Shown here piece after piece: positions 9,537-19,289 of a stretch of DNA of 62,598 bases. A program made the translations under genes and the position numbers. This DNA comes from a virus (Duplodnaviria; Caudoviricetes). The stretch covers positions 1 through 62,598 of IMG/VR virus record IMGVR_UViG_3300025316_000018; one strand, given 5' to 3'. The notes beneath the pieces are model-generated. The model did not search any database. It was not told the origin of the DNA and was given only the letters and a program-made list of their open reading frames with translations. Numbering within the stretch: the first letter of the stretch is position 1; every line of letters begins with the position of its first letter.

Positions 9537-9790
9537 TAATCTAGGTCCTCATTCATCTTTGTGTGTATATCACATAAGAATGATTTGTAATATTCAACGA
9601 GACTGCCATTGAATGAATCTTTAAGTTCTATACAATTGGTGGCAGCTCTTCTATAACACTTCTTCTCAAAAAGTTCCACGGTTTCATTGTGTAGGTTTCT
9701 CGACAACGAATACGCAAATGTATTGAAATCATTAACGGGTATTTGAAAAGAACCCAATTCCTTTTTATGTGTGACGATTTCCATGTACAT
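9536..9790 (-). CDS. hypothetical protein
   Basis: coupled to both neighbours. Confidence 0.6.
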   Translation of the reverse strand: MYMEIVTHKKELGSFQIPVNDFNTFAYSLSRNLHNETVELFEKKCYRRAATNCIELKDSFNGSLVEYYKSFLCDIHTKMNEDLD

Positions 9791-10560
9791 TAGAACAAAT
9801 CCGAAAACCAGTTTCCTATAGAATCGAGAAAGTCATCATCTTTCTCTACTGCTTGTTCATCAGGTATAGCAACTTCTTCTGCAACAACTACAGCAATAGC
9901 GGCAGCAGCAATTACTGGAGTCACAACTGGTGCTGGTTCAGAAAATACATCATCACTAATTACTTTCATTGCTTCATCATAGTGTTTCTGTCTGTCTTTT
10001 AGACCAATAACCCCACCATTAATTTTCTTAGTTAATGTGACGAAATCTCCAGAATCACAGAATTGGTTTAGTTTATTTACCGACCAAAACCAACAGGAGC
10101 TAGATGCTGCACCCTCAAGAGTATTGCAATATGATACAGTTTCATCTAATGTCTTGCCAATGGATTTAGCAAAACGTGAATAATTATCCTTACCAGTAAG
10201 CTGTAAAAATCCGACCCCGCGATACTTAAACCCATCACCAGAAGCTTCTGTACCATTGCCCATGCGATCAGCATATACCTTGTTTGCTATACGTTCAGGA
10301 TTACGGTTGTATGGTGCTGCCATCGCAGCAGAGGTGAACCTTTTTGGCCATACTGAGCAAAGACCAGCGGCAGAATAGTTAAGGTTTTCTTTTAGTGCTG
10401 TGAACTGGGCAGATTCGTGGATAGTTTGACTCAAGAATCCACAAACTCTTTTCTTATTGTCTATACCATACTCAGGGAGGATCTTGTTCAATACTGCACA
10501 CAACGCATCCAAGTCTTTATTATTTGGACACAACACTTTTAATTGAGATACACTGATCAT
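9790..10560 (-). CDS. endolysin, glycoside hydrolase family 19
   Basis: FLSQTIHES, ENLNYSA, IANKVYADRMGNG, DGFKYRG, QLTGKDNY, TKKINGG. Confidence 0.92.
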   Translation of the reverse strand: MISVSQLKVLCPNNKDLDALCAVLNKILPEYGIDNKKRVCGFLSQTIHESAQFTALKENLNYSAAGLCSVWPKRFTSAAMAAPYNRNPERIANKVYADRMGNGTEASGDGFKYRGVGFLQLTGKDNYSRFAKSIGKTLDETVSYCNTLEGAASSSCWFWSVNKLNQFCDSGDFVTLTKKINGGVIGLKDRQKHYDEAMKVISDDVFSEPAPVVTPVIAAAAIAVVVAEEVAIPDEQAVEKDDDFLDSIGNWFSDLF

Positions 10561-10588
10561 TTTATGTTCCTTAGTTAGTTTCGATATG

Positions 10589-10653
10589 TATAAATAGTTA
10601 CAGGTCACGAGACAGCCATCTCTACCTATTCTAACACTAAACGGAGTATCAGC
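10589..10653. promoter_or_regulatory. conserved late promoter + two-hairpin leader, copy 1
   Basis: TATAAATA then GTTACAGGTCACGAGA..TCTCTACCTATTCTAACACT..GGAGTATCAGC; homologous to 12764 and 44058. Confidence 0.8.
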
Positions 10654-11445
10654 ATGACTATATATACATTAATAGATCCAACATATTTATACATCAAACA
10701 ACACTCTGTCACTAAAAAGAAATACTTCGGTAAGACTAGTAAAACAGACCCAATAAAGTATTTAGGCTCTGGCACTTACTGGTTGAGGCACATTAAGAAA
10801 CACGGTAAACAATTCGTAGAAACTTTGTGGGTTTCTGATATATATCACGATACATCTATAGTTGATATAGCATTACATTTTTCATCGGAAAATGATATAG
10901 TAGGGTCCGATGAATGGGCTAATCTACAAGTAGAAAACGGATTGGATGGAGCCAGTACTAGATCACAAGAATCGATATCCAAAGGAAAGTCCACAAACAT
11001 TGAAAGATATGGGGTAGATAATTGGGGTAAAAGTGATGCTGGTAAAGAACATAATAGAGATTCAGTACATCATCAAATATTAAATGGTTTGCACACATCA
11101 ACAAATGGTGGTAGTGAGATTATAAAGAGAACCAACGCTAGGATGTTATCTTTAGGTACACACCCTTTTCAAGGTAAACATGGTAGTGCTCGCTCATCCA
11201 AATTAGCAGAAAAATTAATATCTGATGGTACCCACAATTTCTTATCTCAAGATCATAAAGATAATGTCAGTAAGAGTAATTATACATTATCTAACAGACC
11301 AGAATACTTAGAGTTAAAATTCATATATGAGGACCTTGGGCTGAAACAACCAAAATTCTTACACATGAAATCATTAGAAGATATAGCGATATTAAGATTG
11401 GGTGTTGTTGGACAATATTTCCCATATATCAATAAAGATTGTTAA
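10654..11445 (+). mobile_element. free-standing homing endonuclease, GIY-YIG-like (Seg-like)
   Basis: YLYIKQH..KYFGKT..YLGSG..W..HIKKHG, WANLQVENG; antisense to neighbours. Confidence 0.8.
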
Positions 11446-11635
11446 CTATCAAGATAAAGCTAACCAATCCCAATATTGCCGTCACATCAGCTATAATTCC
11501 TGCAAGGATTGACCAGTTATCTAACTCTAGTGTTCTGATTACTTTATACCATGTGTTCGTTTTCCTCTTAGAGACTTCTTTATTGCTTTGAGCCATAATA
11601 TTCTTTCCCTCATCACATCACCATCAACACATGCT

Positions 11636-12415
11636 TTATACATTTTCGATATTATTTTCTTTACTTTCATTTCTATTTGTCCACGTTACTATTTCGAATC
11701 GACCATCATAGTGTTCTACTAATGCGGTCATACTTTCTACCCAGTCACCATCATTCATATACACAATACCATCAATTTCTTTGATGTCGGCAGAGTGTAT
11801 GTGACCACAAATAATGCCGTCAAACTTTCGTTTTCTACAGTATTCTAGTATATTTGTCTCAAATTCGAATATGAATGATACAGCTGTCTTGACCTTGCTC
11901 TTGATGTATTTGCTGAGTGACCAATACCCAAATCCCATCTTGTGTCTAACCCAATTGAATTTGTTGTTCAATATTAGTATTAGATCATATCCTTTATCAC
12001 CAAGTATACTTAACCAAGGTGCTAATTTAGAAATCCCATCAAACATATCACCATGAACTACAAGATATCGTTTACCGTCTATACCAATGTGTTCTATTTG
12101 ATTTACTATTTCTATATCACCAAACCCAATATTATAAGGTATCATTGGACGAAGAAACTCGTCATGATTACCGGCAATATAGATAACTCTTGTGCCTTTC
12201 TTTGCAATCTTTAATATCTGTTGGACAACATTGGAATGGGATTGTTTCCAAAACCACTTGTTCTGTTGAATTCTCCAGACATCTAGGATATCTCCAACAA
12301 GGTATAGAGTTTCACATTTATTGTGTTTAAGGAAATCTAGAAGTTGTAGGGCCTTACAATCTCTAGTACCAAGATGAACATCCGATATAAAGATTGATTT
12401 GTAGTGTTGTTTCAT
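11636..12415 (-). CDS. calcineurin-like metallophosphoesterase, LpxH/YbbF-like
   Basis: SDVHLG, LVGDILD, GNHD, HGD, CGHIH, NDGDWVE. Confidence 0.88.
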   Translation of the reverse strand: MKQHYKSIFISDVHLGTRDCKALQLLDFLKHNKCETLYLVGDILDVWRIQQNKWFWKQSHSNVVQQILKIAKKGTRVIYIAGNHDEFLRPMIPYNIGFGDIEIVNQIEHIGIDGKRYLVVHGDMFDGISKLAPWLSILGDKGYDLILILNNKFNWVRHKMGFGYWSLSKYIKSKVKTAVSFIFEFETNILEYCRKRKFDGIICGHIHSADIKEIDGIVYMNDGDWVESMTALVEHYDGRFEIVTWTNRNESKENNIENV

Positions 12416-12512
12416 TTTGTATAGTCAACAACAAATTTAAAGAAAACTAACAATAATCCCATAGAAGCAAGCCAAGTTGCGCCTTTAATGATAAGAAGGT
12501 TTGTGTTTTTCA

Positions 12513-12737
12513 TTAGAATACCAATGTTAATAATAGTAGTGATGCTAGTATATATACCGAGAATTTGAGTTTGACATTTTTACGTGATAACTCATACTGC
12601 CCTAAAATCAGCACTCGAACATCTTCGTTACGTGCTGCCCATCTTCTCTTATAGTCATCTTCGTGGTCTTTGTATAATATCCAAGTACCTTCATTTGATT
12701 CATACATTTTTCCAAGAATTTTCTTATATCGGACCAT
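12513..12737 (-). CDS. hypothetical membrane-anchored protein
   Basis: GGAG RBS; C-terminal TM. Confidence 0.6.
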   Translation of the reverse strand: MVRYKKILGKMYESNEGTWILYKDHEDDYKRRWAARNEDVRVLILGQYELSRKNVKLKFSVYILASLLLLTLVF

Positions 12738-12763
12738 AGTTGTCTCCGTTGAGTTTTAATTTA

Positions 12764-12829
12764 TATAAATAGTTATAGGTCACGAGATTGGCGTCTCTAC
12801 CTATTCTAATACTTTCACGGAGCATCAGC
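12764..12829. promoter_or_regulatory. conserved late promoter + two-hairpin leader, copy 2
   Basis: same element as 10589. Confidence 0.8.
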
Positions 12830-12835
12830 ATTAAT

Positions 12836-13606
12836 ATGTATACAGAAATAATACCAACATATCTTTACATCAAACAACATTCAGTAACAGGTCTAAAATA
12901 TTTCGGTAAGACTACAAAACCTGATCCAATAAAATGTCTAGGCTCAGGTAAGTATTGGAAATCCCACATCAAGAAACACGGCAAAGAGCATGTGGTGACT
13001 TTATGGTGTCAGTTGTTTGATACCCAAGAATTACTAACGGATTTTGCATTATTATTTTCTGAACACTGGGATATTGTTAATTCTAAAGTGTGGGCCAATC
13101 TAATATTAGAAAATGGATTAGATGGTACAATACCAGGAACTATTTTCGGTCCAAGATCGGATGAAACAAAAGCAAAAATATCAGCATCCCATATAGGTAA
13201 AATAGTTTCTGATGAAACAAAAGCAAAACTATCAGAAATAAACACTGGGAAAGTTGTTTCCACCGAAACAAAAGCAAAAATATCAGCATCTAATACAGGA
13301 CAGAAAAGGACGGAAGAAACCAAGGCAAAAATGTCAGCATCTCGCATAGGTATGAAAGTTTCTGATGAGGTGAGAATTAACATGTCTAAACCAAAATCAG
13401 ACCAACATAAAGTAAACTTAACTATTGCTCAAAAATTAAGGTGGATCAATAATCCTTGTACTGATGAAACTAAATTAAAAATGTCTAATATCAAAAAGGG
13501 AATACCAAAACGAATAATAGAATGTCCGCAATGTGGTAAATCTGGTGGAGAACCACAAATGTGTCGATGGCATTTCAATAATTGTAAATCCCTTAGTGAC
13601 GATTAA
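12836..13606 (+). mobile_element. free-standing GIY-YIG-like homing endonuclease with NUMOD3 repeats
   Basis: N-terminal domain paralogous to 10654; repeated SDETKAKIS; CPQC...WHFNNCK tail; start ATG 12836 or ATT 12830. Confidence 0.85.
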
Positions 13607-13810
13607 TCACCATTGGTGGATTGCACCGATTATTACAGCTAAACAGGTAACTATATGTAGTAGCACCCACATTGTTCTAATAACCAAACTTAATCTGGCT
13701 TCTATTTGAGTAAGGATAGGGACTGACGGTTCATCGTGGTCAGTCTCACCCATCATATGGTCAAAACTTCTAGCCCACACCCTTTTCCATCTAATCTTTC
13801 TTAATCCCAT
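13607..13810 (-). CDS. small membrane protein
   Basis: C-terminal hydrophobic helix. Confidence 0.55.
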   Translation of the reverse strand: MGLRKIRWKRVWARSFDHMMGETDHDEPSVPILTQIEARLSLVIRTMWVLLHIVTCLAVIIGAIHQW

Positions 13811-14026
13811 AACCCCTGCCAGTAAGTACCCATTAATCTGAAACCATTATTCATACGGTCTTGGTGCTTTCTCATACCTTCAAAATCTGTTTTCCTAGTA
13901 TGGTTTGGACCATACCCCATACCACCGTCATTATCAAATGTTAAATCAGATTCACCTGTACGGTATTGATCTTCCCATTCAATAGTATATTGAGTAAACG
14001 CCCAAAATTTTCTTATATAATTTCAT
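13801..14026 (-). pseudogene. out-of-frame fusion remnant: MKLYKKILG start joined to the C-terminal part of a paralog of 14494..15105
   Basis: manual translation WAFTQYTIEWEDQYRTGESDL...GFRLMGTYWQGLWD*, with no start at its 5' end. Confidence 0.75.
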
Positions 14027-14226
14027 TCGTCTAATCCTATTCGTTTTCTGAAAGCAGCATATTCAGCATCTGAACATATACCAACTGGCATCCTTGCAAA
14101 TTCATCACAAGTCTCAGGTTGGGCGAGAAACTCTACGATTTCATTTCGTATCTTGTCGTTACACTCATAATTAATGTATTGTGTATCCCTGAGTATTTTT
14201 CTTAGTAACTCTCTTTCTTTACTCAT
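14023..14226 (-). CDS. MSKERELL/LAQPE family protein
   Basis: shared N-terminus and LAQPE anchor. Confidence 0.75.
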   Translation of the reverse strand: MSKERELLRKILRDTQYINYECNDKIRNEIVEFLAQPETCDEFARMPVGICSDAEYAAFRKRIGLDE

Positions 14227-14492
14227 TGTTTTCTCCAGTTAATTGAGACTTCAAATACACCCTCGCAAAAGCCATTTTTATCTACAGGGATACCGCACTC
14301 ATCAGCATTAAGATTGTCATAGAAATCTACCATCAAATCACTTATCTCATCGTCATAATATGCTTTTTGAAAGATTGGCTCTTGCTCAGGTTGGGCGAGC
14401 AGTTCTTCAACTACATCAATAAATGAGCCTGTAATCCCATACCCTTCAAAATGCTCAAGTGCACACTTCAATAAATCTCTTTCTTTACTCAT
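14223..14492 (-). CDS. MSKERELL/LAQPE family protein
   Basis: MSKERDLL...ELLAQPEQEP. Confidence 0.75.
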   Translation of the reverse strand: MSKERDLLKCALEHFEGYGITGSFIDVVEELLAQPEQEPIFQKAYYDDEISDLMVDFYDNLNADECGIPVDKNGFCEGVFEVSINWRKQ

Positions 14493-14493
14493 A

Positions 14494-15105
14494 TTATGTC
14501 CATAAAGTTTGATATAACTCACCGAATAATCTAAATCCGTGTTGCATACGCTTTTGCTGTTTTCTCATGCCATCATAATCAGTTTCCATAGTATGATTTG
14601 GTCCTCTTTTCACCTCATTACCTTCAAATACAAGATCAGCATCCCCTGTTCTATACTGTTCTTCCCAATCAATATTCAGTTGACCAAATGCAAATATCAT
14701 TTCATCTAATGCCCATTCAAACCTCTTGTGGTAATTATCATCCACATCCCATTCATCTTGTACTCTTGGAGAGTTCATACTCTTTAGATGATCCGGAACC
14801 AATAGATCAGAAACAAACGGTGAACCATGCTTCTGTTTTTTCATTTCTATTAACATAGGTAACACAATCAATCCAAGTGTTTCTGGAAAATTCCACACAT
14901 CAAACTTATCAATCTTTACATAAGAAATGCGTGGATGAATTGTGTCGAGAAACTTTCTTAGGTTCTCGCAGATATTGTGCAGCCAATCAGGTGGTACTTT
15001 ATCGTAGATTTCATCTTCGGTTTTCCAGAACAACACCTTTTCCATTATAGAGAAACTGCTCAACCAGTGGTCGCGGTAATTACTCAGATATACGTGCATT
15101 GCCAT
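14494..15105 (-). CDS. conserved phage hypothetical protein
   Basis: 203 aa, RBS, YVKIDKFDVWN..KHGSP..WALDEMIFAF. Confidence 0.8.
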   Translation of the reverse strand: MAMHVYLSNYRDHWLSSFSIMEKVLFWKTEDEIYDKVPPDWLHNICENLRKFLDTIHPRISYVKIDKFDVWNFPETLGLIVLPMLIEMKKQKHGSPFVSDLLVPDHLKSMNSPRVQDEWDVDDNYHKRFEWALDEMIFAFGQLNIDWEEQYRTGDADLVFEGNEVKRGPNHTMETDYDGMRKQQKRMQHGFRLFGELYQTLWT

Positions 15106-15136
15106 AACTCCTTAGTACATGTAATGGTTTTATTTA

Positions 15137-15436
15137 CTAATATTTATCAATAGTAATAGATGTGCCTTCTGGAAAATCCTTTGTCCAATCTTCAAGCATA
15201 CCAGCCGTATACGCACTCATACCTTGACTGTCTTTGAAGCATTTATAGATACTGCCAGATTCATTATGGAATAGGTAGTGTCCCTCATTTTCTACAGTTT
15301 CTGTAATGCCACTGCTGCATCTCCAACTATCACTACCCGCAATCCCACCATACCAAGATGCTAACACTTTTTGTATGGTTGTATCTGGTGTCTTTATTTC
15401 AATTACCTCCCATTTATCAGGGTAATAGTCAGTCAT
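15137..15436 (-). CDS. conserved phage hypothetical protein
   Basis: PDKW..KVLASWYGG..DSWRCSSGIT..SGSIYKC. Confidence 0.75.
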   Translation of the reverse strand: MTDYYPDKWEVIEIKTPDTTIQKVLASWYGGIAGSDSWRCSSGITETVENEGHYLFHNESGSIYKCFKDSQGMSAYTAGMLEDWTKDFPEGTSITIDKY

Positions 15437-15620
15437 CGTTTCCACCACACATTCTATAGGCGGCACTACTTTTATCTACCCCTTGGCTACCGGCATAGCG
15501 GTGATCATCTTCGTAATACTTAGTAACTCCATTAGGGGTATCCACCGCATAGCCACCGTTGTTTAATTTTCTATAAGTCCCTTGTTTTTTATTGGCTTCT
15601 TCTCTAAAATTCTTTTTCAT
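15429..15620 (-). CDS. hypothetical protein
   Basis: overlapping operon packing. Confidence 0.55.
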   Translation of the reverse strand: MKKNFREEANKKQGTYRKLNNGGYAVDTPNGVTKYYEDDHRYAGSQGVDKSSAAYRMCGGNDD

Positions 15621-15868
15621 ATATGCAATCCTATTGTATTTTCAGCATTCGCTCCAGATAACTCTCTCATTCGTTTCAGAAGAATATTTAAAGGTTCAAT
15701 TTTCATACATCTACAGCAACTAATTGTTATAGGATGAAACTCTCTACCAGAATCAGATTCTTCCCAAGTATCAAGGTAATTTTCAAAGAAATCCTTGACA
15801 AGGGATTTCAGTTCTATTGTATTGTTGTATGCTTCATATAGTTTCATCATTATTACCTCATTCCTCAT
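15617..15868 (-). CDS. hypothetical protein
   Basis: operon packing. Confidence 0.6.
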   Translation of the reverse strand: MRNEVIMMKLYEAYNNTIELKSLVKDFFENYLDTWEESDSGREFHPITISCCRCMKIEPLNILLKRMRELSGANAENTIGLHI

Positions 15869-16347
15869 TCCTCATCTCTAATCCCAGCCCAATAACAGCT
15901 AGCAATTCTTGCTTGCTTATAAGCATGGAACATGTCAGTGGTAGCTTCTTCACTCAAAGGCTCACGTTTTGGCTGCGAGTATTTTCTGTAGGTATGGTCG
16001 TGCATCGCCATCATTGCGTTAGCAAACCAACAAAGCATCGCATCGTCATCTACATTACAGTCTGGATTTGTTTCTCTAAAAAACCTCGTCCAAGCCAATG
16101 CGTCTGGATTGTCGTGGATTTTCATGTCATACGGAGGGGATTCTTCAATCTGCTCAGGTGAATAGCTATCTCCATTCGACCGAAGACCTCTAAAATCTAT
16201 CTTAGACTCTTGCTCAGGTTGGGCGAGTAATTCCTGTATTTTATACAGTGTCGCTGCTAAAACACCGAAATTACCATTGCTAACAGCCACTTCACCTGCG
16301 GCAAAATGACTCATTACCTCTTTCAACAACTCTCTTTCTTTACTCAT
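15865..16347 (-). CDS. MSKERELL/LAQPE family protein
   Basis: MSKERELL...ELLAQPEQE. Confidence 0.75.
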   Translation of the reverse strand: MSKERELLKEVMSHFAAGEVAVSNGNFGVLAATLYKIQELLAQPEQESKIDFRGLRSNGDSYSPEQIEESPPYDMKIHDNPDALAWTRFFRETNPDCNVDDDAMLCWFANAMMAMHDHTYRKYSQPKREPLSEEATTDMFHAYKQARIASCYWAGIRDEE

Positions 16348-16621
16348 TATCAACCTCAAAGTGTTTCTTCAATAAGTCGGCAAAGTATTCTTTACGATGC
16401 CTATCTGTGCTGTTCATAATAACATCAATACATTCTTGTACCACAAATTTACTAGTGGGTGTGTGCCAACCAAAATCATATCGTTCTTTGTACGGTTTGT
16501 CACCTGTCATTTGCCAGAATGGTATTAGGTTATCACTAATATCACAATCTTTATTAGGACAGTATTGACCAATACCTGGAGCATCCTTCAATTCTATTTC
16601 GCATTTTGGGCAAGTTATCAT
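16340..16621 (-). CDS. zinc-ribbon hypothetical protein
   Basis: CPKC...CPNKDC. Confidence 0.6.
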   Translation of the reverse strand: MITCPKCEIELKDAPGIGQYCPNKDCDISDNLIPFWQMTGDKPYKERYDFGWHTPTSKFVVQECIDVIMNSTDRHRKEYFADLLKKHFEVDNE

Positions 16622-16780
16622 ATCATTCCTTATACTTTTCGGTTTGCCATACAAACATAAAAATTAAAGACAATATTGCCAATACAAACATAGTTTTAGG
16701 AAATAATGCAATAATAAATGCTGAAAGCAAAAAGATCATGAAGATACCAATAGTCTTTATTGCTGTAATTAAAATTTTTT

Positions 16781-17188
16781 TCATATTGTATCCAAATAAA
16801 GGTGTGGTTTCTGACTAATACGTAATTCGATTCTTTCGTGTACTATATTATCATCTTCGAGTGTTGATGTCCAGTCATTATAGAATAAAGAATTAAATCC
16901 ATCAAATGCAGTACGTCTACTTCTATCTGGATTGTATCCACGCCTATCCATTTCATCACACAATGTATCAAATCTGTGTTGAAGGAAGGTGAGCTTATTG
17001 TAGAAGAATTTTACATGTCCGGTGTTCAGCGTGAACTTTTTGGGTATACCGGAAAGAATCATAAGATGAGATCTGGCCATTAAGCTTCTACTCAATGATG
17101 CCGGTACCATCGTTATCTCTCTCAATTCAGCAATCAAATGGAGTCTGTGTAGGAGTTTTGGATCTATATTTGAATTGATGCGTGTCAT
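16781..17188 (-). CDS. denV: pyrimidine dimer DNA glycosylase / endonuclease V
   Basis: MTRIN, HLIAELREI, IPKKFTLNTGHVKFFYNKL, EMDRRGY. Confidence 0.93.
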   Translation of the reverse strand: MTRINSNIDPKLLHRLHLIAELREITMVPASLSRSLMARSHLMILSGIPKKFTLNTGHVKFFYNKLTFLQHRFDTLCDEMDRRGYNPDRSRRTAFDGFNSLFYNDWTSTLEDDNIVHERIELRISQKPHLYLDTI

Positions 17189-17217
17189 AATAACTCTCTT
17201 TGTGTAAAGTATTAGTC

Positions 17218-17246
17218 ATTATAACACGAATATCTAATAAAGTAAA
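17218..17246 (-). promoter_or_regulatory. sigma70-type promoter upstream of denV
   Basis: TTTACT-17-TATAAT. Confidence 0.6.
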
Positions 17247-17253
17247 GACTTAT

Positions 17254-17520
17254 TCAGTTTTCTTTTACTTCAAATTTAACAGGTCTTTCATACATGATTT
17301 CTTTTGAAGCATTCTTTCTATTTTTAGTAAAATTAAATATCCTACCATCTTCACAAATTTGTACAACGTCAAATTCAATGATTTGCGGTTCTGCTGGTGT
17401 TTTAATACTTATCATAAATTGTTCTGAGAGACCCTCTGGTAGAGTTCCAGTCCAAGTTACTTGATTAATCTCTTTACTATAATATTCACCAAATTCATTT
17501 TTATCATATAGAGGAATGGC
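17254..17520 (-). pseudogene. 5'-truncated fragment resembling YcnI/DUF1775 C-terminal half
   Basis: QVTWTGTLPEGLSEQFMISIKTPAEPQIIEFDVVQICEDG; no upstream start. Confidence 0.5.
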
Positions 17521-17674
17521 AAGAGACGAATCATATTCGGTTGATAGAATTGATTCGTCTCTTGGTTACACTTTTGATAATCTTCAGATCATATCTGCAA
17601 AAGCAAATAGAGCCAAAAATAATTTAACAGAAGAAGAGCTTCAAAAATTTGCTTCGTTTATCAACAATTCCTGA
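17516..17674 (+). pseudogene. 5'-truncated HNH-like endonuclease fragment
   Basis: SVDRIDSSLGYTFDNLQIISAKANRAKNN matches C-half of 20776..21096. Confidence 0.7.
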
Positions 17675-17781
17675 TATTAATGACACAAATTCTCATTATT
17701 ATTTAAATTTTAAGTCAACAAAATCAGATGCAATTGCTTTGTGTATTTGCCTTCAGCAAACACAGTGTTATCTTCTATCAT

Positions 17782-18006
17782 TTATAGCCCCAATAATACT
17801 TTAAGTTCATTCACTGATAATCTAGCAGAAGCTAGTTTTTCTTGTGGTGTTAGCTCAACTGGAGCTGGTTGATTAGCCTCAATCTCTGCTTGTATAACCT
17901 GTGCTTCTTCATCTGTAATTGGAGTGCAATCAGCAGGGAGTAAGTATTCAAACTCAGCAGAATCAAGAAAGTGTAGGTTGTTGTTTGTGTCTTTGTAGTT
18001 TTGCAT
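17782..18006 (-). CDS. putative tail-fibre-associated small protein
   Basis: follows fibre-like gene; YKDTNNNLHF..PITDEEA..LTPQEKL. Confidence 0.55.
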   Translation of the reverse strand: MQNYKDTNNNLHFLDSAEFEYLLPADCTPITDEEAQVIQAEIEANQPAPVELTPQEKLASARLSVNELKVLLGL

Positions 18007-18368
18007 TATCTTAGCTCCGACCAAACATTAAAAGCTGGCGATCCATTTGATGTACATACGTATGACGCTCCAGCCGGGACAATAGCTGATCCAAAATAAC
18101 TGAAATTTGTACCACTTGGCTCGTTGTCAGTATTATTCATTACTGTTACCCCATTTATAACAATCGTTAATGTTTCGTTCTGGGTCATGCCACCCGACAA
18201 ACTTATATAAATAGGGCGTCCAGTCGTATTGTAATAAGTGGTTCCTGACACTCTACTTGCGGTCACATTCTGCCAAGTCTGCCCATACCCCAAAGCACCA
18301 ACATATGCTGTGCTTTGTGTCGTCCCATCCCCAAATGTTATATTACCATTACCTAATGATGATGACAT
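18006..18368 (-). CDS. short tail-fibre-like protein
   Basis: ITFGDGTTQSTA, LGYGQTWQNVTASR..TTYYNTTGRPI, AIVPAGASY, WSELR. Confidence 0.7.
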   Translation of the reverse strand: MSSSLGNGNITFGDGTTQSTAYVGALGYGQTWQNVTASRVSGTTYYNTTGRPIYISLSGGMTQNETLTIVINGVTVMNNTDNEPSGTNFSYFGSAIVPAGASYVCTSNGSPAFNVWSELR

Positions 18369-18406
18369 ATTATTTACTCCTTTGTTGTATATATATGTTA
18401 TGTATA

Positions 18407-18617
18407 TCAACCCAAACTTTGGATTTGGGATTTTCTAAATTCCAATTCATCTTCAAACACTTTTCTGATATAATCCTGAATATGAGTTTGAGTCTCCTGC
18501 ACCTGCTAAAGTCCTACCATCAGCATCATTAAGAGTTCTAGTTGCTGTTGCGGATAATCCTAATTCTGTACTAATGGCACCAAAACTTAGTGCGTTAGGT
18601 GATACTGGTAAAGTCAT
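18407..18617 (-). pseudogene. fusion remnant: tail-adhesin-like N-terminus joined out of frame to the tail of a paralog of 18726..19211
   Basis: MTLPVSPNALSFGAISTELG...RTLAG (18453..18617) overlapping ETQTHIQDYIRKVFEDELEFRK* in another frame. Confidence 0.65.
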
Positions 18618-18725
18618 TTTTAATTCCTATTTGATTTTTAATATGCCCTTTTCTACAATAGATACTTCATCATCAAATAATGGCACCAACGATAATATTA
18701 TTTATTATATTCTGTATTTAACTAT

Positions 18726-19211
18726 TTATAACGCATCGATTATCTGTCTAAATTTCAATTCATCTTCAAACAATTTTACTAGAACTGGCGCAAGATGTGT
18801 TTGGGTTCTTAATACTGCTTCTATGTGACTATCTTCCATATTTTTCAATAGAATTTCATGTAGAGGTTCTGTACCATCTATGCCATACGAACCCCAACCA
18901 AAGTGTTGTCGTATTTCTATATGGTCGGACTCAGTTGTCAATGAGATATATTCTGCACGGATTTCATTGACAGAAGATTTCACATAATCAACCCCACCAT
19001 CGATCATATACCATTCACCATTGGCATCGGTATGTGTTTTGTAGTCGTGTCTATGCCTAGAATACAGCACAGTACCATCAGGAGTTTTCAATCCTGATAC
19101 TAATACTTTCTCAGTCATATAAGTGATACCACTGTGAGCACAATCATGACAAACACCATTATAGATGCTGCCGTTAAAGACATTAATAATCTCATAATAA
19201 TTTCGCTCCAT
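18726..19211 (-). CDS. conserved phage hypothetical protein
   Basis: SRHRHDY..IDGGVDY..WGSYG. Confidence 0.75.
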   Translation of the reverse strand: MERNYYEIINVFNGSIYNGVCHDCAHSGITYMTEKVLVSGLKTPDGTVLYSRHRHDYKTHTDANGEWYMIDGGVDYVKSSVNEIRAEYISLTTESDHIEIRQHFGWGSYGIDGTEPLHEILLKNMEDSHIEAVLRTQTHLAPVLVKLFEDELKFRQIIDAL

Positions 19212-19289
19212 GCAGTGCCGCGATCATCAATACTTCCATAGCAATCGCAACAGAAATTATAGTCATGTACCATACGCCATTAATTAAAC

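Noticed and set aside
10589-10653. Integron attC or group II intron end for the endonuclease leader
   Set aside because: No RYYYAAC..GTTRRRY order, no domain V consensus, and no integrase or RT seen
18205-18212. TATAAATA late promoter
   Set aside because: Lies inside a gene on the opposite strand with no real downstream ORF; likely chance in AT-rich DNA
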